Positions 27,948 through 40,080 of a stretch of DNA of 64,000 nt are shown piece after piece. A program made the position numbers and the translations under genes. The stretch spans positions 131,130,001-131,194,000 of the forward strand of contig NC_042999.1 of the NCBI RefSeq assembly GCF_006345805.1, written 5' to 3'. Every line of letters begins with the position of its first letter. Position 1 is the stretch's first letter. The notes under the pieces were generated by a model. The model had not been told where the DNA came from and ran no database searches. It worked only from the letters and a program-made list of their open reading frames with translations. The stretch is from Octopus sinensis (taxonomy: Eukaryota).

Positions 27948-28590
27948 AAACAAGTCAAAATAGAAAATGCTAAAATAATTTTATAAAGAACATTTCAGTA
28001 CCGGTTTCGGTCATTTTGAGACCTTTTTAACTGTAACGATTAAATAATTAAATTTAGAAAAATTAGAAGAAAAGTTTTTTTAAAGGAATATTTGTATAGT
28101 TTTCAAATTTTAGTGGCATTCTGCCTTTCTCTGACTCCCTTGTTTGCACTTGTGTGTTCGAGGTCGAACACACAAGTGCAAACAAGGGAGTCAGAGAAAG
28201 GCAGAATGCCACTAAAATTTGAAAACTATACAAATATTCCTTTAAAAAAACTTTTCTTCTAATTTTTCTAAATTTAATTATTTAATCGTTACAGTTGAAA
28301 AGGTCTCAAAATAACCGAAACCGGTACTGAAATGTTCTTTATAATGTTCTAAATTTAATTATTTAATCGAACACACAAGTGCAAACAAGGGAGTCAGAGA
28401 AAGGCAGAATGCCGCTAAAATTTGAAAACTATACAAATATTCCTTTAAAAAAACTTTTCTTCTAATTTTTCTAAATTTAATTATTTAATCGTTACAGTTG
28501 AAAAGGTCTCAAAATGACCGAAACCGGTACTGAAATGTTCTTTATAAAATTATTTTAGCATTTTCTATTTTGACTTGTTTTTTCATATAT
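27936..28590. repeat. Near-perfect long palindrome with a duplicated right arm (Penelope-like inverted terminus)
   Basis: Left arm about 27936-28161, 2-nt centre (ttcga GG tcgaa), right arm 1 about 28164-28344, right arm 2 about 28367-28590; flanked by (TA)n on both sides. Confidence 0.9.
28492..28535 (+). ncRNA. Putative minimal hammerhead ribozyme, U3:A8 variant (second copy near 28289-28332)
   Basis: CAG-UUGAAAA-GGUC ucaaaau GACC-GAAA-CCGG-UA-CUG: helix II, GAAA box, palindromic helix III and GUA triplet. Confidence 0.45.
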
Positions 28591-28644
28591 ATCAACTCGT
28601 GTGTTCCTTTTCACCCTTATACATATATATATATATAATATATA

Positions 28645-28679
<35 letters not shown>

Positions 28680-29849
28680 CTTATGAAATCATTTTTAGTC
28701 TTCTTTTTTGCTGTGGTTTTGTTTTGTATTTTTTTGTTTTGTGTGATCTCGTGGCAAATAAAATCATATTAACCTACTTAAAATTTATTTTATGATTTTG
28801 TTGATAGATATTTGGTAGCTTTAACAGCTTATAATGAAAATAAATGTTAAGAATTAAATAATTGAATTTAATATCTCCATGTGATCTTCAGAAAATCACA
28901 GATAATTGTCACTTATATTCAAGGCCTACTAATATACAAATGTAATTTCTCAAGAATTTTGGTTTTGATTTCATACTTAAATTGTGTTTGGTTTTAATAT
29001 TTTTAACTGATATAAAACATGTGCTGATAATTGTTATAAAATTATAATTTTTAATGCTAATATATCTAAACGAAATTTTGCATACGATAACATAGTGCTA
29101 AACATTGTTTTTGTTTTGTTTGTTTTGTTTTTTTCTTAGTTTATATTTAGGTGGTATGATTTAATATATTAACATCAGAATTAAAATCAATTACAAATTT
29201 AAAATTCAACATTTTTATTAAGTTATGAAGTTTAGTACTGAAATGAAACTTGATGCTTTACCGTATCTAGTTTTGTCTTTCCCATTACTATGTTCAAATC
29301 CCACTGAGATTTGACTGATCATGCCTGAGTTGATAAAATAAACATAAGTAATAATATATTGCAGTCATTAATTGATATTCATTCCTGTTTTATTTTCATA
29401 CAAAAATTATTTTGTGCTTAGAAAAAAACTAGATTTCATCTGAGTTTGATTCAGAGCTTAGTTCATAGCTACTTGGAGTTCAGGAATTTAAGTTAAATAT
29501 CTGAACCCTTAAGGAATGAAAATCAAGAATAATTATATATATATTCACATAATAGTTAAGAGAAATCATTTATTATGTTGATGCTTTGAATTTATTATGC
29601 AAGTTACCGTTCAAGAATTTGTGAGCTATACATTGAAAAATAAATGATATTTTTTTGGTTTTGTAAATTGAAAATGGTGCATATCTATTGTATTGCAGAC
29701 TTTTAAATTACTTTCACTAATAATTTAGTAATATATTGCATATTGCATTGATGCATAAATAATGTAATGTAGCAATCTTTACTACAACATCCTGATGCAG
29801 ATGTCTACTTTTCCTACTATTTCTTACTGACTTTTGGTATATTTTTTAG

Positions 29850-30067
29850 TGTCCTGCGACCTCTGATTGTGTTCCTATGTCGGGCAGTATTTTTTACCGG
29901 AGGATTTCATTGGATTTCTGTGAAAGGATCGAGGGCTCGCACTGAACTGGCTCCAATTGTTGCTCTCGCTCCGCATTCCTCTTACTTCGATGCCTTGCCT
30001 GTAGTATATCTAAACTTAACAACAGTAGTAGCAAAGTCAGAAGTGGAAATGGTGCCATTTTTTGGAA
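29850..30067 (+). CDS. LPCAT: LPCAT exon 3a (mutually exclusive alternative A) carrying catalytic motif I HSSYFD
   Basis: Branch-like TACTGAC plus ttttttag|T acceptor; GGAA|gtatgc donor; 218 nt, phase 2 to 1. Open frame VLRPLIVFLCRAVFFTGGFHWISVKGSRARTELAPIVALAPHSSYFDALPVVYLNLTTVVAKSEVEMVPFFG joins in frame to the flanking exons. Confidence 0.93.
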
Positions 30068-32039
30068 GTATGCACCTCATTTATATTTTTCTCATGTCAC
30101 TTGTCACGTAGTTCACTGTAGTTAGATATTGTTACTTCAAAATTCTTTCGCATCTTTTTTTTTTTATCAAGTGCCAGACTTTTATTTAAGATTAAATGTC
30201 GAAGCCTCTTTTGTTTAGAAAAATGAAATGTGTAGGCTTACAAACTGGTGTCTTCAAATTTTCCTTTTCAGTTGCCTTTCTAGTATTGTTTAATACGTGT
30301 TATGCATGTTTTGCATGGCCATTTAATACATTTGCTTGATGTATTTGCTGCAGTGATGAAAGTCTTAATACTTAACCATGCAAAATATTGTTGGGTGCCA
30401 GCCAAGTATCATATGAAGAGTTAGATCAATATTAGACATTAACTCAAAGAAAAAAACCTGGCATTTCTGTTATTATAACACATTTTTTTAATTATAATTT
30501 ATAAAAGCTACTTACAGCATTCTATCATACAGATAAATATCAATTATCAAGTCATACTACAATTATCCAATTAATGATTAACTTCGCTGAGCCTCAAAGT
30601 ATTCTGTATGAAAATCAGAAGGGTACTAAGAATTTAATAAATTTTATATAACTTATTTCTTGTAGTTTATACTCCCTGTGGATGTTGCATTGTTTTGGAA
30701 TCTTTCTTGACTAAGCTGTAAATAATCTGTTTTAATGATTTCCTTTCTTTCTAGATTTCTAAAGCTGCTTATGTATGTAAATATTTATGTAAATTTTAAA
30801 TTTGCTGCATTTCATTCTTTATACTACATAGTTTAACATCTTTCTTTTATCTGAAGTAGATTGTATTGAAACTGAAAGCCTTTTCTTCTTCATTTACAAA
30901 TTTTTAAGTATATAAAATTTATTCTTTTCAGTTTAAAACATAATTTTTCATGCTTTCTTACCTATTACTATTAAGAAATTCATTCTCAGACTCAAGGCAT
31001 TGAAGCTTTTCTTTCAGTTTATCTGTTCATCTATATTGCTATAATGTATTCATTTCAATACTTGTTTTTTTTTTATGAAAAGGACAACTTTTATTGCCTT
31101 AAATTGTGTTTTTTATGAGCAGGGCTCTTTATTTCCATTATCTATCTAGAGTATATATACTAATCTAACAGGTTGATGCAGAGTTTCTAGCCATCAAAAG
31201 TGCTGTTTTAAAGAGTTATATTTTATTCAAAAAATATTTGGTATAAAAAGTATGTTAGATATTGAAATATTTTCCCATTATAGCTTGAAATAATTTCTTT
31301 TTATACATTCTTTTTAAAATTACTTTTAAATAATTTTCTTTTCCATTCCATTTTGCTGGGGACTGGAAATACATAGCAGTAGACTTATTCATATTATTTC
31401 AATGGACTGATCTAATCCTAATTTCCGAAATAAGTTGAAATTCAGCTTGCTTCTTTTATTTAAAAATCAAATTCTTTACTGACTAGTATTAGTTTATATT
31501 CATTATTGCATAAAATTATCACACACATGTGCATGCACATACACATGCACACACACACACACACACACACACAAATAATGATCATTAAATATTATCCTTA
31601 TTGTTAATTTAGTATCCATGTTGGTGTGAGCTGGACTGATATATATTCTTTTTTAAAGCAATGTTTTACATGGTTAAATACTTTTTGTCTTATCAGGACC
31701 CATTGAAATGAAGTAAGCCATATGTCATCATCACCATCATCGTTTAATGTCCATTTTCCATGCTTGCATGGGTTGGATGGTTTGACTGAGGTCTGGAGAG
31801 CCTGCAGCTGCACCGGGCTCCAATCTGATCTGGCAGTGTTTCTATAGCTGGATGCCCTTCTGAGAGAGTAGTGGGTGCTTTTTATGTGCCACTGGAATGG
31901 GGGCCAGTCAGGGGTCACTGGACACAGTTGCAATTTTGGTTTTACTTGTCTCAACAGGTCTTCTCAAGCATATCATATCACCTGACACATCAAGAGTACT
32001 CTTAAAGGCCGGACATCCAACACTGGAATTCGTCATGGA

Positions 32040-32860
32040 TGTGATCTCACTTTAGTTGCCAGGTCTTCTCAATCACAGCATATTTCCAAAGGTCTCAGTC
32101 TCCTGTCATTGCCTCTGTAAGGCCCATTGTTTGAAGGTCATGCTTCACCATTTCATCCCATGTCTTCCTGGGTCTACCTCTTCCACAGGTTCCTTCTACA
32201 GTTAGGGAGTGGCACTTTCTCACACAGAAGTCTTTATCCATATGTAACACATGATCATAACAGTGCAGTTATCTCTCTTGCACACCATATTTGATGCTTC
32301 TTATGTCCAACTTTTCTCTCAGAGTGCTTACGCTCTGTCGTGTGTGCACACTGACATTACACATCCAGCAGATCATACTAACTTCATTTCTTTCAAGCCT
32401 ACACATGTCCTCAGCAGTCATGGCCCATGTTTCACTGCCATGTAGTATGGCAGTTTGAACACATGCATCATACAGTCTACCTTTCATCCTGAGAGAGAGG
32501 CCCTTAGTTGCCAGCAGAAGTAGGAGCTCCCTGAACTTTGCCCAGGCTATTCATATTCTAGCCGCTACACTCTCAAAGTAACTACTCCCACTATAAACTA
32601 CTTCTAGGTTTTCCCCTTGGCATGTGATGGAATCTGTTTTCTGTCCATCTTCAATGTTTACTGCCCTTGTGCATCTGCCATACACAAAACTATCTTCCTA
32701 GTTAACCTTCCTTCGATATTGCTGCACCTTTTATGTATCCATAGCTTACATCAGATACATCGTATGGAGTTTCTATCCATGCTTTTTCTACAGATTGGGT
32801 AAGGTCATCTACCTGAAGGTGTTTGTGATTTGTCAGCCTTCCTACTTACTAAGACTATAT
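32040..32860 (-). mobile_element. RTE-clade LINE fragment
   Basis: Minus-strand ORF MKGRLYDACVQTAILHGSETWAMTAEDMCRLERNEVSMICWMCNV is typical of the RTE C-terminal region. Confidence 0.85.
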
Positions 32861-34567
32861 ATATATAGGCATACATATTATACTTCGCACCTTAAAATAT
32901 CTTTTACTACAACACTGGGCCAGCCAAAGATTTGTGAGTGAATTTGGTAAATGGATTCTAATAACAGCTGGTGTTAGGAAGAGCATCCAGTTGTAAAAAC
33001 CCTGCCAAAACAGACACAGTAGCTTGGAGTAGTCTTCTACCTGGCTGGCTCCTGTCAATCATCCTACCCATGCATGCATGGAAGACGAACGTTAAATGAT
33101 GATGATGGTGGTGGTGGTGATGATATATATATATATATGAGTCTATGTTTGTGTCTCATTCTCTTGATTTTACATTCCTTGGAGGTTTGTAACAAGAATA
33201 GTATTTAGCTATAGAAAAATCTGCTTCAATACCCTCTATCCGTCTAGAAAATTGGATTTTTTAATGATGATGGTGATGATATTTGGTAGGTGCAGGCATG
33301 GTTGTGGGGTTGAGAAATTAGCTTTCTAATCATGTTGATTTAAGGTAGAACCACTCTTTAGCCTTGAGTTGGGCAATGCTTTGTGAGGGAAAGTTGGTAG
33401 ACAGAAAGTGTTCAGAAGCTTATTGTGTGTGTGTGTGTGCATACATGTGTTTCTATCTACATGACTCTGCATTGATACTTGATACCACTTTGAGAATAGT
33501 GACATTGTTTATGTCCCATGAAAGAAATGTCTAGCAGTTTTCCAGTTCAGTGTGCAAAGATGTAGAATAAAAGTTGCTTGCTTGAAAAACAAGTGTTGGT
33601 TTTAGGAAGGGAATTCATTCATAAAATACTTCCTCAAGATGTCTCATTCAGTCATGCCACCAGTAAAAAAAAAAGCAGATGTAAAGATGATGAATATTGC
33701 TTCTCACTAAGCACATCTTTCTTTTATGCCTAGGATTGAAAGGAATGTTTGGTGTAATGTGTAGGACAAAGGAGAGATGACTAAATAAATATCAGAAGAG
33801 ACTGGACCTATACAAAATAGTATGATGTTTGAGACAGTAATGGTGACAGTCATTTTGAGAGAGAGAGAGAGAGAGGACAATTCTACATTCTGTGTATTAT
33901 AACTTAAATGTTGAAGGAAAAATGAAAATGATATGTAATTAACATCTCATTTCACACTGTTTGCAGCAAGCAAATATTTAACCCTGTATTGTCTTGAAAT
34001 CTGGATTCATACTATCCCTGGTCCCATATGCTGTGAAAGAAGGTGTAGCACCAAAGTAGCTGTGTAGGAACTGTCTAGCTGAAAAGTTTTATATATCAAC
34101 TTTCTTGTGCATAACCAAATATATATTTTTAGATTTTCTTATGGAACCTTAAGCTTAAGCAACTTTCAAATTTGGTGATTACCACAACTCAATCTTGTCA
34201 TTCTAATTTGGAAAGAAAATACTTAATTACAACAGCCTAGTCTTCAAGGGCCAGGTACTTAATTGCTTGCCTAAAAACGTCAGGGATTTAACAAGTTTTT
34301 GTTGACATTTAAAAAGTGTAATTTCAAATTGCTAAGGTTCCCATCCAACCAGCAGTAGCTGCTGTTTACAGCCTAAATAGTTTCCACTGATGTATTGGTA
34401 CAACAACTATGTAATCTTATGTAGAAGCTAAAATAACAATGATAAAATAAAACCAAAATAGTTTAGATGAGCATAGTGTGAAAATATTTGATGACATGAC
34501 TATTTGGAGTGAAACTGACTTTTCCAAACTTCATCCTTGGCAGAAATGTTAGCTTATGTATAATTAA

Positions 34568-34785
34568 CTCTTTATCATTCAGATTACTCTGTCAAATGTA
34601 AAGCTTATTTATTTACATTTTAAAAATTAATTATGAATTATTTTGTAACTTAAAGATTTTGGCTGATGTGATTGTTTATGTTTAGAATAACATTGTAGAG
34701 TTGGTGTGAGATGCTTGATCTGACCAGTTTGAACATCATAAGTAGAATATTTGGGCTGGATATGGCTGGTTTAAATGCTAATGGG
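34568..34785. mobile_element. TTAA-flanked MITE, copy 1
   Basis: TTAA at both ends; termini resemble CCCTTTAGCATT/AATGCTAAAGGG; homologous to 43781 and 59009. Confidence 0.75.
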
Positions 34786-37219
34786 TTAAACTTTAAATGT
34801 TCTTGCAACAACAAACTTGATAAAATTTATTTAGTTGCTTTAATTCAATAATTACAACCTTCGGTTATCTTTTAATGATGCATTGTTTAAATGAAATGTA
34901 CACATATTGAAAAATAAGCGGTGTTGTGATGGGAACAAATGTGAAGAATTGAGGGGATAACATTAGTAACTAATAATAAGCATGGAAGATTTAAGGAAAA
35001 TCTGATCAGAACTGCTTATGTAATATCAGATTTTCTCAACAAAAGCTATCCATCCACTTTAAGCTGTTTATGGGTCAGAATGATCTAACTCATTCCTTTG
35101 ATGAAACTAAATCATAAGAATACAGGGAAATTACAGAAATAGAAAATGTTCGTGCATTTATTGATAATGCATCATTTTTAGTTGGCAGGAAAAAACCTTT
35201 AAGATTACTTTTGATATAAAATAAATTGTGAGTTTTTAATATTTTGTTTATTGTCAGAGCAGTGGATATTATACAGTACCAGGCTGGATACTTTACTGAA
35301 ACTAGTTTGGTATCCATGGATGGATTAGCTTTTCATCTCTTCAGAGTTGATCAAATTATTATCAAAACTAGGTCAATCAAATCAACTATTTCTCTCTTCT
35401 CTAAAAATTGGCTCTGTACTACTTAGTCAACAGAAAGCAATAGTGATTAGTATATTTTTGTGTGTAAAATCAAAGTAAATCAATTTTATGTATACTGCAT
35501 ATTGCAGTGGTAAGTTGGCATTGATTACCTTTTGGAATTATGTTTATGGGAAAAAGCTGAAAGGTCACAACTTGTAATTTCTCCACTACTAAAGTCTCAA
35601 GCTTCATGTCTATGCCAAAAGACATTATATATTGTCTCACTTTTTTTATTTTTTTAACTCAGTTGACAAAGCTCAGCTAAATTAAACTCAGTCTACTGAA
35701 ACAGAAATTCTTTCTGGAATGAATATCAGCACAAATCAACAAAAGTTTATCAATGTTTCATAATCGAATCAACATGTTGAGCTGATGAATTTAATGGCTG
35801 CAGCAGACATGAACTTACATACTGATTTATCAATTATAATTCTATAATATTTTATTGAATTTTGTCTTAAACAATTTGGTAGTTATTTTTGTTAAGCATG
35901 TACTTTTCTTACAAGTGTTCTTCATTGTAGAAAATGAGGCATAAATGCTTTGTAGATGTCATATAGTGCAGCTAGAATTAGTTTCTAGATTAATGCATTT
36001 TTAAAGTAAATAAACTTTAATTTCACTGACTTCTTTGCAAAAACTAAGGGTTCTAGTATCCAAAAATATTGAGAACTTTCTTGGTTACAGATTTGTAATC
36101 TAATCAAAGTTTAATTTTAAAATTTCTTTTATCAAACCAATTTGCTTATATTTTGAAATAAATATAACATGTTTTTATAAATATATTTCTATCAGAATAT
36201 TCCCCTTTATTGCACTAGAATACATAATTTTCAGCTTTAATAAAATCTCTTCAGTTATATTTAATATTGTTTTACATTTTTAATCATATTTAATTTCAAT
36301 AATAATGGTTGGCGGGTAAAAAAGTGCTCCAAGAAGTCACTTCAGATAGTTACTTTATATTAATTATGGATAAGAAAATTAAAACTCTTCAACTTACAAA
36401 TGAAAACTGCTCATAGAAGCAGAAAATATATCATTAGAAAAGGAAGCTTGAAGTTTTGCCTTTAAAAGGACACACATTAAGAAAATATAAATAAAGAAAA
36501 TTCAGCTTCTAATGAATAATTCAAATAATGAGGTTCTACCCCAAGGCTTTCTTTTGTTATTTATATTAGGTAATAACATTAGACTACCACAAAGTTACTA
36601 TCAACAGTATACCTTGAAAATACATAAAATGTAGGACAATATTTAAACAGTGGAATTAAGAAAGAACTATTCTGAACTATTTAATTATGTTCAATAATAT
36701 GAAGGATCCAGATTGAGTAAATTACATACATGCTACCCAAAATAGGATCATAAACTGTATGGACACCATTGAATATTTGAAGCTTCTATTTCAAAACAAA
36801 AAAGTATAGGATGAACCAGCATAATAAGAAAGTGGGAGAAACCGTTGATCTCAGATTTCTGGAGGCATAGAAAGCAAGAATGAACAACTAGTTTTTCCTT
36901 TACTTTTATGGATATGAAATTTCATAAAGTATGGTATATCCAAAATGTGAGAAATTTGAGTAGCTGAGCCTTTAGATATGTGCAGTTTAACATTTTTAGA
37001 TGTGAGTTTTTCAGGCTGTTTCTAAGGTATCCATCACCAACTTCAACATAAAATTAACATTAACAAAATCACATCTGAAATTAAGTCAGTAACCAAAGAC
37101 AACAATGTTGTACCATGACCATAACCATTTAATTTATACTGAAAGACTAACCATAACTAACACAATTAGATCATGGAAAAATCAATTTAGCTATTTAAGA
37201 ACACATAAAAATTATTATA

Positions 37220-37439
37220 CAGTAATCGCCATATCATAGTTCACCTATTGCAGTTTATTATTTAAGCTTACGTCAATTCCTCCGTAGTGTTGTTTTGCAT
37301 TTATGATAAAATAAATATATACAAATTATAAAAATAATAAAAAACATATATACAGTACCGTACTGTTTCTACTTTGCAGATTTTCACCTACCGTGGGGGG
37401 TTTTGGAACGTAACGCCTGTGATATTCGAGGAATTACTG
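37220..37439. mobile_element. pogo/Tigger-like MITE
   Basis: TA|CAGTAATC ... GAATTACTG|TA. Confidence 0.65.
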
Positions 37440-38255
37440 TATTCACTTTTTAAAAATTATTAATAGTAAAGTCTACAATAAAGTGTCAAATCATTTCATC
37501 CCACTTTTGTGTTCTAGTCACTGATAAAAATTCTATTGCATCATCTCAGTTCGTAAGATGAAATAGATCTAAGTCAATGACCAGGTTGTGGGAGTGTAAA
37601 GAAATTTTTTGACTCTTCTTCATAAGAGACTGTATTGTTCAGAAATAAGCAAAATGTGAATACAGCAATTTTTGTGTGTTCTTAAATAGCTAAAATAGCT
37701 CTTCCATATTGTCACTTTTTAGCCTCAACACAGAGTCTCTAAAATAAGGGCAAGAACAGCTCCAAAATAGTACCTAAGTTGGTAAATTGTTTTTTAAAGC
37801 AGATTTTTGTCAGGAATACTGGTGAAGATATATAACAAAAACAGCTATTTTACAATGACTAAGATTGTTTGATATAGATTTATTATTCGTATTCAGAAAC
37901 TCTATTTTGAACTAATAATTTTTGTTTTTCTGAAGAATTATTTTTACATTACTATTAGTAATGAGAGTCAATGTGAACTACCTCAGGCTTGGTCATTACT
38001 AGTTGTAAACTATTTCTATTTTCATTTTTTTTTCTTTTGGTTTACAATTTTCTTTCATGTAATGTAATTAAGTTTTCCCGTTTATTATGTTTGTATACAA
38101 ATTTGTTAATAAATATGCTGATTTTCTTATATGCATCAAATACGTTTTTTATTTCATTCCTATAAACAACACTGAACGTTTTATTGCAGCTACTGGTTAA
38201 TCATAGTTAATGTTATAAGCACTAGTTTTTATCCTTCCTTCTCTTATTGCAATAG

Positions 38256-38476
38256 GATCGTGAACTATGTACTCCTAAAAATCTCTCGGATCATCTTCTT
38301 TGTGATGGGATTTCACTGGGTGAAAGTCAAAGGACACTGTGCACAAGCAAAAGAAGCACCAATTGTGTGCATTGCTCCCCATTCCAGCTTGTTTGATGCA
38401 CTAGTATTTTTTATGATTCCTGAATTACCTGCTGTGGTGTCAGCTGTAGATCATATAAAAGTACCTTTCATCGGAA
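38256..38476 (+). CDS. LPCAT: LPCAT exon 3b (mutually exclusive alternative B) carrying catalytic motif I HSSLFD
   Basis: Pyrimidine tract plus aatag|G acceptor; GGAA|gtaggt donor; 221 nt, phase 2 to 1. Open frame IVNYVLLKISRIIFFVMGFHWVKVKGHCAQAKEAPIVCIAPHSSLFDALVFFMIPELPAVVSAVDHIKVPFIG is homologous to exon 3a end to end. Confidence 0.9.
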
Positions 38477-39669
38477 GTAGGTACCAAGTTTTTAATTTTA
38501 AATCAATTTTATTGCTATGGTTTTACCACTGCTAACTTGAGAAATGGTGAACTCTTAATCCATGTCCATTACTTTAAAGTTTCAGAGAGAGGAAGTTTCC
38601 TTCTTTTTTTTTATGTTCAGCATAGAAAGTTTTAGTTTTAGTCTTAAAGATTTTTATTTGATTTACAGCTATAGTTTATTATTCACAACAACTCTAACTT
38701 ACTAACAAGTTTCTTGTATTTAAAAATAACCTATCTAATGTAGCTTGTGAAAATACATATTTGTAGGGTAGCATTTCTAATTACTTTACACTTGTATTGG
38801 CTATTAACATTTTTGCATTAACTATTGTTATCATGAAATACTGCTATAAATATTCTCTGCATAGAAGTTTGACCAGCTTATGTTGCGGCCAGATCTACTA
38901 ACAGGATGGAAAAATTTACATTGGAACCAGATGTAAGCTGTGAACAACAGTTCATTTTCTGCAGAGCTATATCTGTTTGTGACTTAAATTACGATAGGGC
39001 CCCAGCATGGCTGCAACTTTCAAGCTGAAACTTGTAAAGAAAAACATGCTCTCTTGTTCTTGAGAACTTCATTGAAAGCAATGTTGTATTTGACTTCAAC
39101 AAATGTCCAGTATGAAAACCTCCAGGCAAAGTTTCTTGCCTTTGGGCTTCACCCATATTTCATATGTTAGATTGGAAATTTTCTGACAGACATTACCATC
39201 ATAGCATATATTAAAGAACTTCTCCCTCCCTAACCAATTTTCTGCTACTTTTAGCATGCCTTAAGTTTGTTATATCCCCTATATACTCTCTTCTTTAACT
39301 TACTCTCAATTACTTTCAACCAAAAACACTGCCATGTACAAGTTAATATTCTTCTTTCTTGAATAATCTCTTGTACAATGACATTACCCATACACTGCTC
39401 TTGCCGACCAATCCATAAAAAGTAAATGTAAACATGACACCTCATATCACAATGCTAACTCATCATTAAAGTCTATTTGATTCAGTTACCTTCTTTTGTT
39501 CCATCATACCCTATTTTGCCATCAAAATCCCATATTATCCAAACTTTTATCTGCAGAGCTGTCTCTCTGAAGCTCCTTGTCTATTCACATTTCCCCTATA
39601 GTTATTAATGAGAAATTGAAGCTGGACATTGACTGCATCAATCCTAATAATCAGGGAGCAGTTGCAAAA

Positions 39670-40080
39670 GGCATGGCTGTGTGGTAAGAAGCTTGCTTCT
39701 CAACCACATGGTTCTGGGTTCAGTCCCACTATGTAGCACCTTGGGCAAATGTCTTTAACTATAGCCTTGGGCCAACCAAAGCCTTGTGAGTGGATTTGGT
39801 AGATGGAAACCGAAATAAGATCATCATGTGCATTATATATATATATATATATATATATATGCATATATTTGTGTCCGTTTGTCCCCCCACCATTGCTTGA
39901 CAACCAATGTTGGTGTGTTTACATCCCCATAACTTAGCAGTTCAACAAAGGAGACCAATAGAATAAGTATTAGGCTTACAAAGAATAAGTCCTGGGGGTC
40001 AATTTGTTCAATTAAAACCCTTTAAGGCAATGCTCCAGCATGGCCACAGTCTAATGGCTGAATCAAATAACAGAATTACA
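39670..40080 (+). mobile_element. Full-length tRNA-derived SINE with internal (TA)n
   Basis: A box TGGCTGTGTGGTAAG and B-box-like GGGTTCAGTCCC; multiple copies in the window. Confidence 0.85.

Noticed and set aside
29748-38139. Docking/selector pairing TTGATGCATA (29748-29757) with TATGCATCAA (38130-38139), each 90-125 nt upstream of an alternative exon
   Set aside because: Only 10 bp, AT-rich and built on the palindrome ATGCAT, so it is expected by chance. It needs conservation or covariation evidence.
29850-38476. Exons 3a and 3b as parts of two separate tandem genes
   Set aside because: No second copy of exon 2 or of exons 4-7 was seen; both exons lie between single flanking exons.
38477-38485. 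Alternative donor 4 nt downstream of exon 3b (AG|gtacc)
   Set aside because: It would shift the frame relative to exon 4. The first GT matches the homologous position in exon 3a.
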